This document shows, piece after piece, positions 49,079 through 58,088 of a stretch of 64,000 bases of DNA. Origin of the DNA: an uncultured Phycisphaerales bacterium (GTDB taxonomy: Bacteria; Planctomycetota; Phycisphaerae; Tepidisphaerales; Tepidisphaeraceae). Under the pieces are notes generated by a model. The model saw nothing but the letters and a program-made list of their open reading frames with translations. It did no database searches and was not told the DNA's origin. The translations under genes and the position numbers were made by a program. The stretch is from assembly GCA_963758525.1 (NCBI GenBank), contig CAVWVQ010000003.1, positions 3,680,001-3,744,000 on the forward strand, in the 5' to 3' direction. Positions within the stretch are counted from its first letter, which is position 1. Each line of letters begins with the position of its first letter.

Positions 49079-51349
49079 ATGCGGCTTCTTTCAAAAAGAT
49101 GGCTCGGCCTGACCATTGCCCTGGGCGCCATGGCTGGGCGACCGTCGCCCTTGGCGCGGTCGATCCGATCAAATTGGACGCTGCGATCGACAAGGGCAAG
49201 CAGTGGCTGCTGGCCAATCAGACGAACGGAATCTGGGAGCAGTGGCAGAGCGCTACCGACGAGAACCAGAAAACGGGATGGACCGCGCTGGCGCTGGACG
49301 CGCTCCTGTCGGCGGGGACCAAGCCAAACGATCCGGCACTGCTCCCGGGATCAAATACCTTGAGGAGACCGAGACGAACGGCGTCTACGCGCTGGGGATG
49401 CGGATGCAGGTGTGGGAACGGCTTCCCGCTTCGCCGCAGGTCATGCGGGCCGCCAGGGAAGACGCCACCAAGCTGCTGCATGGCGTCGGGCACGACGGGG
49501 AATACGCTGGAATGTACGGCTACACGATTACCTCAAGGGCCTACAGCCATAGCCGGGCGCAATATGCGGTGCTGGGCATGAGCGCGGCCGAGCAGATGGG
49601 GATTGAGGTGCCTGGCGACTATTGGAAGTTGGTTGAAAAGGGTTGGATCAACCATCAACTGCCCGAAGGCGGATGGACGTACAAGCAACACGACGACAGC
49701 GGGCACCCGCCAACGGCGGGGCTTACGGCGGTCGGCGTGGCGACGCTGTACATCGTCGCCGACATGCTCCACGAAGCGGAGAGCATCGATTGCCATCAGA
49801 CTTTTTCGCTCCCTGCCATTAACCGCGGCCTCAGCTGGCTTGCCCTGCACAACGGCGAGATCGCCAATGGCGATGAAACGCCGCGCAATTACCCTTACTC
49901 GGCCCTCTATGCAGTGGAGCGCGTCGGCGCCGCCAGCGGGATCAAATCTTTTGGCGCGGTGAACTGGTTCGAGAAGGGCGCCCAATGGCTCGTGAATTCG
50001 CAGAACTCTGACGGGCACTGGGACCCCAGCGGCGAAGATCACAGGAGACTGGGCGACATGGTGGATACGTCGTTTGCGCTGCTGTTTCTCTCGCACGGGC
50101 GAGCGCCGCTGATGATGCAGAAGCTGGACTACAGCGCCGATCCGCAGAAGCCCGCCGGATGGAATCGCCGGCCGCACGACGTGGCGAACCTGGCGCAGTT
50201 CACAGGAGAGCGACTCGAGCAGGAACTTTCCTGGGCGGTGGTCACTCTCTCTTCGCCGGCAACGGAGTATCACGACGCGCCGATTCTGTATCTGGCGGGA
50301 AGCGAGCCGCTGGTGCTGAGCGATGCCGCCAAGGCGAAGCTGCGCGAGTTTATCGAAGCGGGCGGCATGATCGTCGGCAACGCGGAGTGCGCCGGCGGCG
50401 CATTTGCGCAAACCTTCGAGAAGCTGGGCGCGCAGATATCCGCTTCGGAATTTCGAGCGCTGCCGGCGAACCATCCGATCTTTACCGACCAGCAGTTTCC
50501 CAGCAAGAAATGGCAATTGCGCCCCATGGTGCTCGGGCTGTCCAACGGCGTGCGCGAGTTGATGATCCTGTTTCCCAACGGTGATTTTGGCAAAGTCTGG
50601 CAGCTCAAGGAGACCAGGACGCGCGAGTCGGTGTTCGAGCTGGGCGCCGACGTCTTCGAATATGCCGCGGGAACCCGGCAGCTGCGCGACCGGGGGGCGC
50701 AGATCATCGTGACTCCCGATACGACGATCAGCGCGACCTCCACCATCAGGCTGGCGCGGCTGAAGTACGCCGGCAACTGGGACCCCGAGCCGGGCGGATG
50801 GCGACGGCTGGCAGCGCAGATGCACAACAGCCGGAAGATCGATCTGGATGTGGCGCCGGTCGGACTGAAAGGGGACCTGGGCAAGAGCAAAATCGCGCAT
50901 CTGACGGGCACCACCGCGCTACGACTCTCTGATGAAGAAAAGGTTGCTCTGAAGGCATTCCTCAGCGCCGGCGGCACCCTGATCGTCGATGCCGCCGGCG
51001 GCTCAACCGACTTTGCGGCATCGGCCGAGCTGGAACTCGCCGGCGTCGTTGGAAGTCCCTTTCTCACGCTCGCGAGCGATGACCCGGTTTACTCCGCCGG
51101 CGGCGTTCCGCTGGGGAAGGTCCAATATCGACGCTTCCGGGCGCAGGCGCGGGCGCGCTGGATGTTCCGCGCGTCAAGGCGAGCAAGATCGGCCAGCGCT
51201 ACGCGGTGTTTCTCAGCCCCGACGATCTTTCCGCGGGACTGGTGGGAGAGCCGGTGGACGGAATCTTCGGGTATGAGCCCGAGGCGGCCACGGCGGTGAT
51301 GGAACGGTTGATCCTTGCGGCAGCGCACGGGTCTGGGAAAGCTGGGTGA
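49079..51349 (+). CDS. Secreted prenyltransferase-repeat + DUF4159 protein, paralog 1 (about three frameshifts)
   Basis: HSRAQYAVLG, QLPEGGWTY, YAVERVG, APILYL, YAGNWDPEPGGW. Confidence 0.75.
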
Positions 51350-51360
51350 ACATGCTCGAT

Positions 51361-51503
51361 GGGTTCGTTCGTGGTTAGCCGCGACGCGCAGCGGAGCGCG
51401 TATTCGCATGAATTGCGCGACGGTGTGAACTTGCGCTGCTTCTCCTTCGAATACGCGCTCCGCTGCGCGTCGCGGCTGACCCCGGATAACCACGAACGAA
51501 CCC
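51361..51503. repeat. Nested inverted repeat (family-E REP doublet inside a 17-bp outer IR)
   Basis: Outer GGGTTCGTTCGTGGTTA/TAACCACGAACGAACCC; inner family-E arms ~51374-51406 and 51448-51481. Confidence 0.85.
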
Positions 51504-51540
51504 GGTGATGAAGCGCCCCGCAAGGTCGCGAGCTGCAGTT

Positions 51541-52038
51541 TCATTCCCGCTTGCGCACCGCTTCCTCCTGGCATCGTTCGATGACAACGGTGCAGGCGAG
51601 AATGAGAACGTCGTCCTGCCCGTCGGCGATGTCGACGCCGTACGTGTCGGCGATGCTGAACCACTTTTCGGAGACTTGAGCGATCTGCTGTCCGCCGCGT
51701 GTGATCGTGTATTGGTGGTCGGTGAAATTGCCGCGGGCTTCCAGATCGCCCGGGCCGTGCTCGTCGTCAACGGTGAAGCGATGGCCGAACATTGTGAAGA
51801 GCGATTCCTTGACGACGGCCTTGAGCGCCCCGCCGTGATAGATTTCATAGGTCGGCCCCCAGGAAAGCAGCTTCTTCTGAACGACGGCCAGTTCGTTGCC
51901 CTGCATGTCCTGGAAGATCAGCCGGTCGCGCAGCGTCAGGACCTTTCCGTCGACGAAAAAGACATCGTTGCCGTCGGCATCGCGGATGGTGAAATCGCTG
52001 CCGAGGGAGAAAAGCTTTTTCTTCATTACGTATCGCAT
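51541..52038 (-). CDS. LURP-one/Tubby-C-like protein
   Basis: MRYVMKKKLFSLGSDFTI..VDGKVL, KWFSIADTYGVDI. Confidence 0.85.
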   Translation of the reverse strand: MRYVMKKKLFSLGSDFTIRDADGNDVFFVDGKVLTLRDRLIFQDMQGNELAVVQKKLLSWGPTYEIYHGGALKAVVKESLFTMFGHRFTVDDEHGPGDLEARGNFTDHQYTITRGGQQIAQVSEKWFSIADTYGVDIADGQDDVLILACTVVIERCQEEAVRKRE

Positions 52039-52170
52039 GGATTGCTCGTTAGTGGAGGGATCGATTCTTTTGTTCCGCGAAGGGCAAGCCACGGCGGGAA
52101 CCGATTGGAAAGCTTGCTCCCGTCGCTCCCTCGAATTCTCCTGTCACGTTCCAATCACCAATCACCTGAG

Positions 52171-54786
52171 TCACTTCTTCGTCGCCGGCGGCGGAGCATT
52201 CAGCAGGACCATGTTGCGCACGATTTGGGTGGCGGTTTCGGGAGTGTAGCCGATGATTCCGTCGGTCGGCTGTCCCACCAGGCCGGCGGCGAGGTCTTCC
52301 TTGCTGAGATAGGCGGCGATGCGGCCGTTTTGGGTGATGCCGAAGATTCTGGCGGTGCGAAGATTGCCCAGCGTCGTGTGTGCGAAGGTGCGATATTGGA
52401 TCGATTCAATTTTGGCGTCGGGCAATGTGTAAAGAGGGTCGTCGGGCTGCAGGGGCAGCGACAGGCCCTTGGCCGCGGAATCGGGGAAGAGGTTGCGGAG
52501 CATCAACTCGGCGGAGGTGGAGAATTCGTTGGACCCGCCGCCGGCGTCGACGATGAGCACGCCGCCGCTGGCGACGAACTTGCGCAGCTCGTCGGTCTGG
52601 GCGTCGGTGAGGTTGAACTGCGTGGTGCCGGTGAGATCGGCGATCTTGAATCGAGCCGAGGCGGCAAGTCGTTTTTCGTCCGCGGCGGCGTACTCGGCTT
52701 CGATTTCCTTGACCTTGGCGGCGCACAGCGCCTTGAGCTTGTCCTCATCGCCTTCGGTGGCGGCCATCTCCTGAGGCGTGATTCTCTTGAACGCGAGCTT
52801 GCGGATTTCACCGGCGGAGGGGCGTTTGGGGCCATTCTCGTCGGGGGCGGCGTTGAGTTCACCGCTGCCGAGCTTGATGGTTTTTATTTCGAGGTCGGTG
52901 TGGAAGTCGTTGTGAAGTATAGCCGCCAGCCGCGGCCAGCCGCCCGGCTCGGGGTCCCAGTTGCCGCCATACTGGAGGCGGGCAACGCGGATCGTCCGCT
53001 CGTTCTTGATTTTGGGGTTGGGAAGCACGAGGCAGCTCTGACCCCGCGTCAGCAGGTTTTTCTTATCGACGGCATACAGGAAAATGTTCGCGCCCAGGCC
53101 GAGCGCTTCGGGCCTGGCGCCGGTCGGCGGGCTCTGCCAGACCCGGGGCGGATCGCCGCCGTCCAGGAGAATCATCAGCTCTCGGATGCCATTGGTCAGT
53201 GCCAGCACTTTGAAATGACCTTTGACGATGGGCATCTCCTCGCGAAAGATCGGGCTGTTCGGCTCAAGCTCACGAAATTCGTAGCCGAACAGTTTGGTGC
53301 CGAGCTTCAGAAAGCTGTCGCTGAACGGCTTGCTGTTATAATCGGCGTTTGCGACGATCATCCCGCCGGTATCGATAAATTCCTTGAGCTTCTTTTCATC
53401 GGCATCGCTGAGATTCAGCTCCTGGTCTCCGCCCAGATAGAGAATGGGGGCATCGCGCAGTTCGGCGGCAGGGACTTCAAGCGTAACCAGTTGCCAGTTG
53501 AGATTGGTTTCGATCTGATCGCCGGTCCATTTGGCGAGATTGGCCACGTCGCGCGGACGATTGTTCCAGTCGGCGTCGGCGGATTTGCCTCCTTTCTCAA
53601 ATTCGTAGTGCAGTTTGTTCATCATGACGGGCGCCCGGCCGCGGGAAAGGAAGAGAACCGCGAAACAGGTATCTGTCAGATTGTTGCCAACGCCGCGGAG
53701 CGGCCAGCGGCCATCTTTCTCCTGGGTGGCGACAAAATGCTCCGCGCCTTTTTCAAACCAGTCGGTGGTTCCAAAATACTTGGTGCCGCTGGCGACGCCG
53801 ATGCGTTCGACGCCGTACCACGCGTAGGTGGTTTCGACCTCGTGGAAATGCTTGGTCATCCAGCGCAGCCCGTTTTCGATGTTGGCGTTGAAGATATTGC
53901 CGTGGTGCTCGCCGACGTCGGAAAAGGTTTCGTCCTGGGTGATGAAGAGCGTGGCGATGCCTGCCGCGGTCATGGAGGCGCTGGCGTTGGGCTGGCTGCC
54001 CTTATGCGTTGGCGAGGAATCGTAGGCCCATCCCCCGTCGTTGAACTGCGCCTGCCGCCAGATTTCGTCGAAGGTGTGCCAGTAGCGGGTGTCGACCCTG
54101 CCCCCCGCATCCTCAAGCGCCCAGAGCCCGAGAATGCCGTACTGGCTCACGCTGTGATCCATGCGGTTTCCCTTGCCGCTGCCGTAGTCCCAGAGCCCGC
54201 GGTTGTCGCCGGTGGTGTTCACTCCACCCACAATCCGATCGATGTCACGGTCGATGTACTCTTTCAGCTCGCCCCGGTCTTTGGGATTTCCCGCAAGTAT
54301 ATGCCATACCTGCGCCCGCAGCCCAAGCGAATAGATGCCGATCACATCGGCTTTTTTGAGAAAGCTGATGGCGCTGGCGACCCGTTTGTCCTGAGGCGAT
54401 TCGCCCGCGGCCAGGAGCGCGTAGGTCGCCAGCGACGTGAATCCGCCAAAGGCGTCTCCCTGCGTCTTCTGCCAGTCATGGGCGGTCCCGACGCGGGTTT
54501 CGGAGGTTTCCCAATGCCCGCCGGCTTTTTGCTGAGAGTAAATGTACGCGACCCCTTTTTTAATCGCCTCGTCGATCTGCTCGGGCGTGACGGGCCCTTC
54601 CACCACAGGAGCCGCCTCTTTTGTTGGCGTGGGCTTCTTCGGTTTCTTTTCCGCCGCGCCCGCTGTCGCTGCAATCACGAGGGCGATCACAATAAACGCA
54701 GTCAATCCACACGAACAAACGGCGGCCATGCGAGTGATGCGGGCAGAAACGCTCGGAAAAGGGCGGGAAGGAGCAATGTTCATCAT
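52171..54786 (-). CDS. Secreted prenyltransferase-repeat + DUF4159 protein, paralog 2 (start uncertain)
   Basis: DHSVSQYGILG, QFNDGGWAY, YGVERIG, APILYL, YGGNWDPEPGGW. Confidence 0.8.
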   Translation of the reverse strand: MMNIAPSRPFPSVSARITRMAAVCSCGLTAFIVIALVIAATAGAAEKKPKKPTPTKEAAPVVEGPVTPEQIDEAIKKGVAYIYSQQKAGGHWETSETRVGTAHDWQKTQGDAFGGFTSLATYALLAAGESPQDKRVASAISFLKKADVIGIYSLGLRAQVWHILAGNPKDRGELKEYIDRDIDRIVGGVNTTGDNRGLWDYGSGKGNRMDHSVSQYGILGLWALEDAGGRVDTRYWHTFDEIWRQAQFNDGGWAYDSSPTHKGSQPNASASMTAAGIATLFITQDETFSDVGEHHGNIFNANIENGLRWMTKHFHEVETTYAWYGVERIGVASGTKYFGTTDWFEKGAEHFVATQEKDGRWPLRGVGNNLTDTCFAVLFLSRGRAPVMMNKLHYEFEKGGKSADADWNNRPRDVANLAKWTGDQIETNLNWQLVTLEVPAAELRDAPILYLGGDQELNLSDADEKKLKEFIDTGGMIVANADYNSKPFSDSFLKLGTKLFGYEFRELEPNSPIFREEMPIVKGHFKVLALTNGIRELMILLDGGDPPRVWQSPPTGARPEALGLGANIFLYAVDKKNLLTRGQSCLVLPNPKIKNERTIRVARLQYGGNWDPEPGGWPRLAAILHNDFHTDLEIKTIKLGSGELNAAPDENGPKRPSAGEIRKLAFKRITPQEMAATEGDEDKLKALCAAKVKEIEAEYAAADEKRLAASARFKIADLTGTTQFNLTDAQTDELRKFVASGGVLIVDAGGGSNEFSTSAELMLRNLFPDSAAKGLSLPLQPDDPLYTLPDAKIESIQYRTFAHTTLGNLRTARIFGITQNGRIAAYLSKEDLAAGLVGQPTDGIIGYTPETATQIVRNMVLLNAPPPATKK

Positions 54787-54965
54787 GAATCTCTTGCGAT
54801 GGCACTCCACGAGGGTGGTATATCCGAACGACCATGGAATCTTAACTAAACGCTGTCTGTGGCGACAGTTTCAATTTGCTGGACTAGGCGCGGGAACCGC
54901 TTCATCACCTTGCACGGCAAGTCCGAGCGTTTCGCGACGCGGGAGAATCGCTACAGTTTGCCAGC

Positions 54966-55655
54966 ATGACTCAGGAAGCTTCACCCGGGGGGATGGACCG
55001 CCGCCGGCAGATACGCGCGGTCATTTTCGATATGGACGGCCTGATGATCGACAGCGAAAGCGCCTACTGGGATGTGGGAAGGCGGATTGCGCGGTCGTTT
55101 GGGAAAGAGGTGACGGACAAAACGCTGGGAAACATGATGGGGCGCAAGCCGATCGAGTCGATGCAGATTTACGCGAAGGATCTGGGCCTGACCGTGGCTC
55201 CGCAGGAACTGCTGGAGCGGCGGGATACGGAAGTGTTTGCGATGCTCCAGCGGGGCGTGAAGCCAATGCCTGGACTACTGGCCACGCTGGACGCATTTCA
55301 AGGGAAGTACCGGCTGGCCATCGCGACCAGCGCGACGCGGCGGTTCCTGGACGTGGTCATCGGACAACTCGGCATCGCATCCCGATTCGACGCGCTGCAG
55401 ACTTCCGACGACGTGGTCAATGGGAAGCCCTCGCCGGAGATCTATCTCAAGGCCATGGCAAAGCTCGGACTCAGCGGCGACGCCTGCGCGGTGCTGGAGG
55501 ATTCGTCCAACGGCGCCCTGGCTGGAAAACGCGCGGGAGCCTGCACGATTGCCGTGCCCTCGCAATACACAAGCTGGCAGGATTTCAGTTTCGTGGACTA
55601 TGTTGCCAAAGACCTGGAGGATGCGGCGGCACATCTGTCCAGGACCACATCATGA
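54966..55655 (+). CDS. HAD-family phosphatase
   Basis: FDMDGLMIDSE, GKPSPEIY, LEDSSNG. Confidence 0.9.
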   Translation: MTQEASPGGMDRRRQIRAVIFDMDGLMIDSESAYWDVGRRIARSFGKEVTDKTLGNMMGRKPIESMQIYAKDLGLTVAPQELLERRDTEVFAMLQRGVKPMPGLLATLDAFQGKYRLAIATSATRRFLDVVIGQLGIASRFDALQTSDDVVNGKPSPEIYLKAMAKLGLSGDACAVLEDSSNGALAGKRAGACTIAVPSQYTSWQDFSFVDYVAKDLEDAAAHLSRTTS

Positions 55656-56110
55656 CCGCGAAGACCAAATCCGCGCCGCGGTTCAGCTCCGAGGAGTTTT
55701 ACAAGCTGATTCGCAGCCAGATCGAGCACGAGGACAATCTGATCGGCACGCGCCTCAACTGGTTCGTCGCTTCGCAATCGTTTCTCTTCTCCGCATATGC
55801 GATCGTCGTGAGCAATCTGACCGGACTCAAGCCCCCGTGGGTCAATGCGCAACAGCGCATTCTTTTCTCCATCATCCCGGTGCTGGCGATTTTCGTCTGT
55901 CTTCTCATTCAGGTCAGTTGCGCGGGAGCAATTCTGGCGATGCGCCGCCTGCGACGCCTGTACGCAATGCATGTTGAGCACGCGCCCGACCACGGGCTTC
56001 CCCCCGTTCAGGGGTACTCGCACAACTATTTCATGGGCCAGGCCAGCCCGCTGCTCCTCCCGCCGGGCTTTCTCGCGGTCTGGTTGATTTTGCTGATTCA
56101 TGGGATGTAG
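55652..56110 (+). CDS. Hypothetical membrane protein
   Basis: ATG overlaps HAD stop; HEDNLIGTRLNWFVASQSFLF, three hydrophobic segments. Confidence 0.7.
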   Translation: MTAKTKSAPRFSSEEFYKLIRSQIEHEDNLIGTRLNWFVASQSFLFSAYAIVVSNLTGLKPPWVNAQQRILFSIIPVLAIFVCLLIQVSCAGAILAMRRLRRLYAMHVEHAPDHGLPPVQGYSHNYFMGQASPLLLPPGFLAVWLILLIHGM

Positions 56111-56114
56111 GTCG

Positions 56115-56237
56115 GGTGATTGGAACGTGGAACGTGACGGGGAGGATGAAACGCGAAACGTGAAGACGTGACAAGGGGCCTTTTCGCGCTTCACGTTTTC
56201 ACGTTTCATCTCTGTCACGTTCCAATCACCAATCACC
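56115..56237. repeat. Heptamer-based inverted repeat; last 26 bp duplicated at 52141-52166
   Basis: GGTGATTGGAACGTG / CACGTTCCAATCACC; CTGTCACGTTCCAATCACCAATCACC identical at both loci. Confidence 0.8.
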
Positions 56238-56247
56238 AGAACCATTT

Positions 56248-56276
56248 TTGACCTTTCGTTCCAGAACCGCTACACT
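56248..56276 (+). promoter_or_regulatory. Sigma-70 promoter, probably leaderless tetR transcript
   Basis: TTGACC-N17-TACACT, 7 nt before GTG start at 56284. Confidence 0.6.
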
Positions 56277-56283
56277 GGGGTCT

Positions 56284-56880
56284 GTGGCTCGGCCGAAGGA
56301 ATTTGATACCAACGTGGTGGTGCAGGACGCGATGGAGGCGTTCTGGACGCGCGGTTACGCGGGAACGTCGGTCAATGATCTGTTGGAAGAGACCGGGCTG
56401 AACCGTGGAAGTCTGTATGGAAGCTTCGGGGACAAGCACAGTCTCTTTCTGACAGCGCTGGATCGCTACGATGAGCAGGGGTGGGCGAAGATTCGGGAGA
56501 TTCTCGACCAGCCGGGGCGGGCGCGGGACGTGATTGAGAATTGGATTCGCGCGTCGGCCGATTCGTGCGCGGGCGAAGACGGCCGGCGGGGATGTCTGCT
56601 GTGCAAAGCGGCTATGGAGCTTGTGCCGCATGACGCGGAAGTTGCCGCGTGGATGAAACGGGTGGGGAAGCGCAATGCCCGCTATTTGGCGCGGCTGGTC
56701 GAACGCGGGCAGCGCGAGGGGGACATCGACGCGAATCTCGATGCCCGCACGGTGGCCCGCTTTCTCTGGAATTCCCTGGCGGGACTTCGATTGATGGGGA
56801 CGACCTCGCCAACCCGGCGAGAGGTGCGGGAAGTGATCGATCTGGTGTTGCGGGTGATCAACTGTCAGGGAGAAGCGTGA
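56284..56880 (+). CDS. TetR/AcrR-family regulator
   Basis: ARPKEFD..FWTRGYAGTS..SLYGSFGDK, RGCLL. Confidence 0.9.
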   Translation: MARPKEFDTNVVVQDAMEAFWTRGYAGTSVNDLLEETGLNRGSLYGSFGDKHSLFLTALDRYDEQGWAKIREILDQPGRARDVIENWIRASADSCAGEDGRRGCLLCKAAMELVPHDAEVAAWMKRVGKRNARYLARLVERGQREGDIDANLDARTVARFLWNSLAGLRLMGTTSPTRREVREVIDLVLRVINCQGEA

Positions 56881-58088
56881 TGCGGAAGTTTCCGCCGATG
56901 CGACATTCATGTGTTGGTCTGCTGTTGCTGGCAGGCGCGGTCGGCTGCAAGCCCTCGGGCGCCGCGCCGGGCGCCGGCGCGCCTCCGGGCGGCGGGCGTC
57001 CGCCGACGCTGGTCGTGGCGGCTGATGTGGTCACGCGGGATGTGCCGGTCTATCTCGACGAGATCGGCACCTGCGTCGCGCGCGAGAGCGTGAGCATCGA
57101 GCCGCAGGTGTCCGGCAGGATCATGGAGATTCAGTTCCAGGACGGTGCGGATCTGAAGAAAGGGGACAAGCTCTTCAAGATTGACTCGCGACCCTATGAA
57201 GCGGCGCTGGCCGGCGCGGAGGCACAATACGACAAGGACCGTGCGCTTGCCGCCAACGCTCGGGCCAACGCGATACGGCAGGAACAGCTCTTCGAAAAGA
57301 AGCTGGTCAGCCCCGCCGACTACGACCTGGCGCGATATACCGCCGACTCGCAGGATGCGTCGGTGAAAATAGACGCGGCGACGGTGGAGACCGCCAAGCT
57401 GAATCTCGAATACTGCTCAATCGTCTCGCCGATCGACGGACGAGCCGGGCAGCGACTGGTGGATATCGGCAATGTGGTGCGCTCCGACAAGGATTCGCCG
57501 TTATTGAGCATTCAGCGCCTCGATCCGGTCTACGTTGATTTCACCGCGACTGAAGCCGAGCTCCCGGAAATTCAGCGCAACATGGCAAGCGGCGCCCTGA
57601 AGGTGACGGTACGCATTCCGCGTGACGGGCCGGCGACCAGCGCGCTGCCCGAATCGACCGATGCGGCGCACGACGGATCACTGACATTCCTCGACAACGC
57701 GGTAGCCAACGGCACCGGCACCATCAAGCTCCGGGCGACCCTGCCGAATTCGGACCACCTCTTTTGGCCCGGCCAATTCGTGCGCGTGCGCCTGATCCTC
57801 ACGACATTAAATAACATGGCCGTCATTCCCGCAGATGCGCTCCAGTTGAGCCAGCAGGGGACGTTTGTGTATGTCATTGGCAGCGATATGACCGTCCAAC
57901 CCCGGCCGGTGAAGGTGGGCCAACGGCAGGGAGCCCTGGGCGAGCAGGTGGCGATCGAATCGGGTTTGAAAGCTGGCGAGAAAATTGTGGTGACCGGGCA
58001 ACTCACGCTCGGGCCGGGCGCGCCGGTGCGGTTCAACAAGCCCGAACCTGCGACACAGCCTGTTGCAGACGCGGGGGGCAAGTCGTGA
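56880..58088 (+). CDS. RND efflux periplasmic adaptor (MdtA-like)
   Basis: Lipobox AVGC, VSIEPQVSG, SPIDGRAG, TGTIKLRA, FWPGQFV. Confidence 0.9.
   Translation: MRKFPPMRHSCVGLLLLAGAVGCKPSGAAPGAGAPPGGGRPPTLVVAADVVTRDVPVYLDEIGTCVARESVSIEPQVSGRIMEIQFQDGADLKKGDKLFKIDSRPYEAALAGAEAQYDKDRALAANARANAIRQEQLFEKKLVSPADYDLARYTADSQDASVKIDAATVETAKLNLEYCSIVSPIDGRAGQRLVDIGNVVRSDKDSPLLSIQRLDPVYVDFTATEAELPEIQRNMASGALKVTVRIPRDGPATSALPESTDAAHDGSLTFLDNAVANGTGTIKLRATLPNSDHLFWPGQFVRVRLILTTLNNMAVIPADALQLSQQGTFVYVIGSDMTVQPRPVKVGQRQGALGEQVAIESGLKAGEKIVVTGQLTLGPGAPVRFNKPEPATQPVADAGGKS

Noticed and set aside
51505..54849. 1114-aa + strand ORF
   Set aside because: Antisense shadow of the LURP-one and DUF4159 genes
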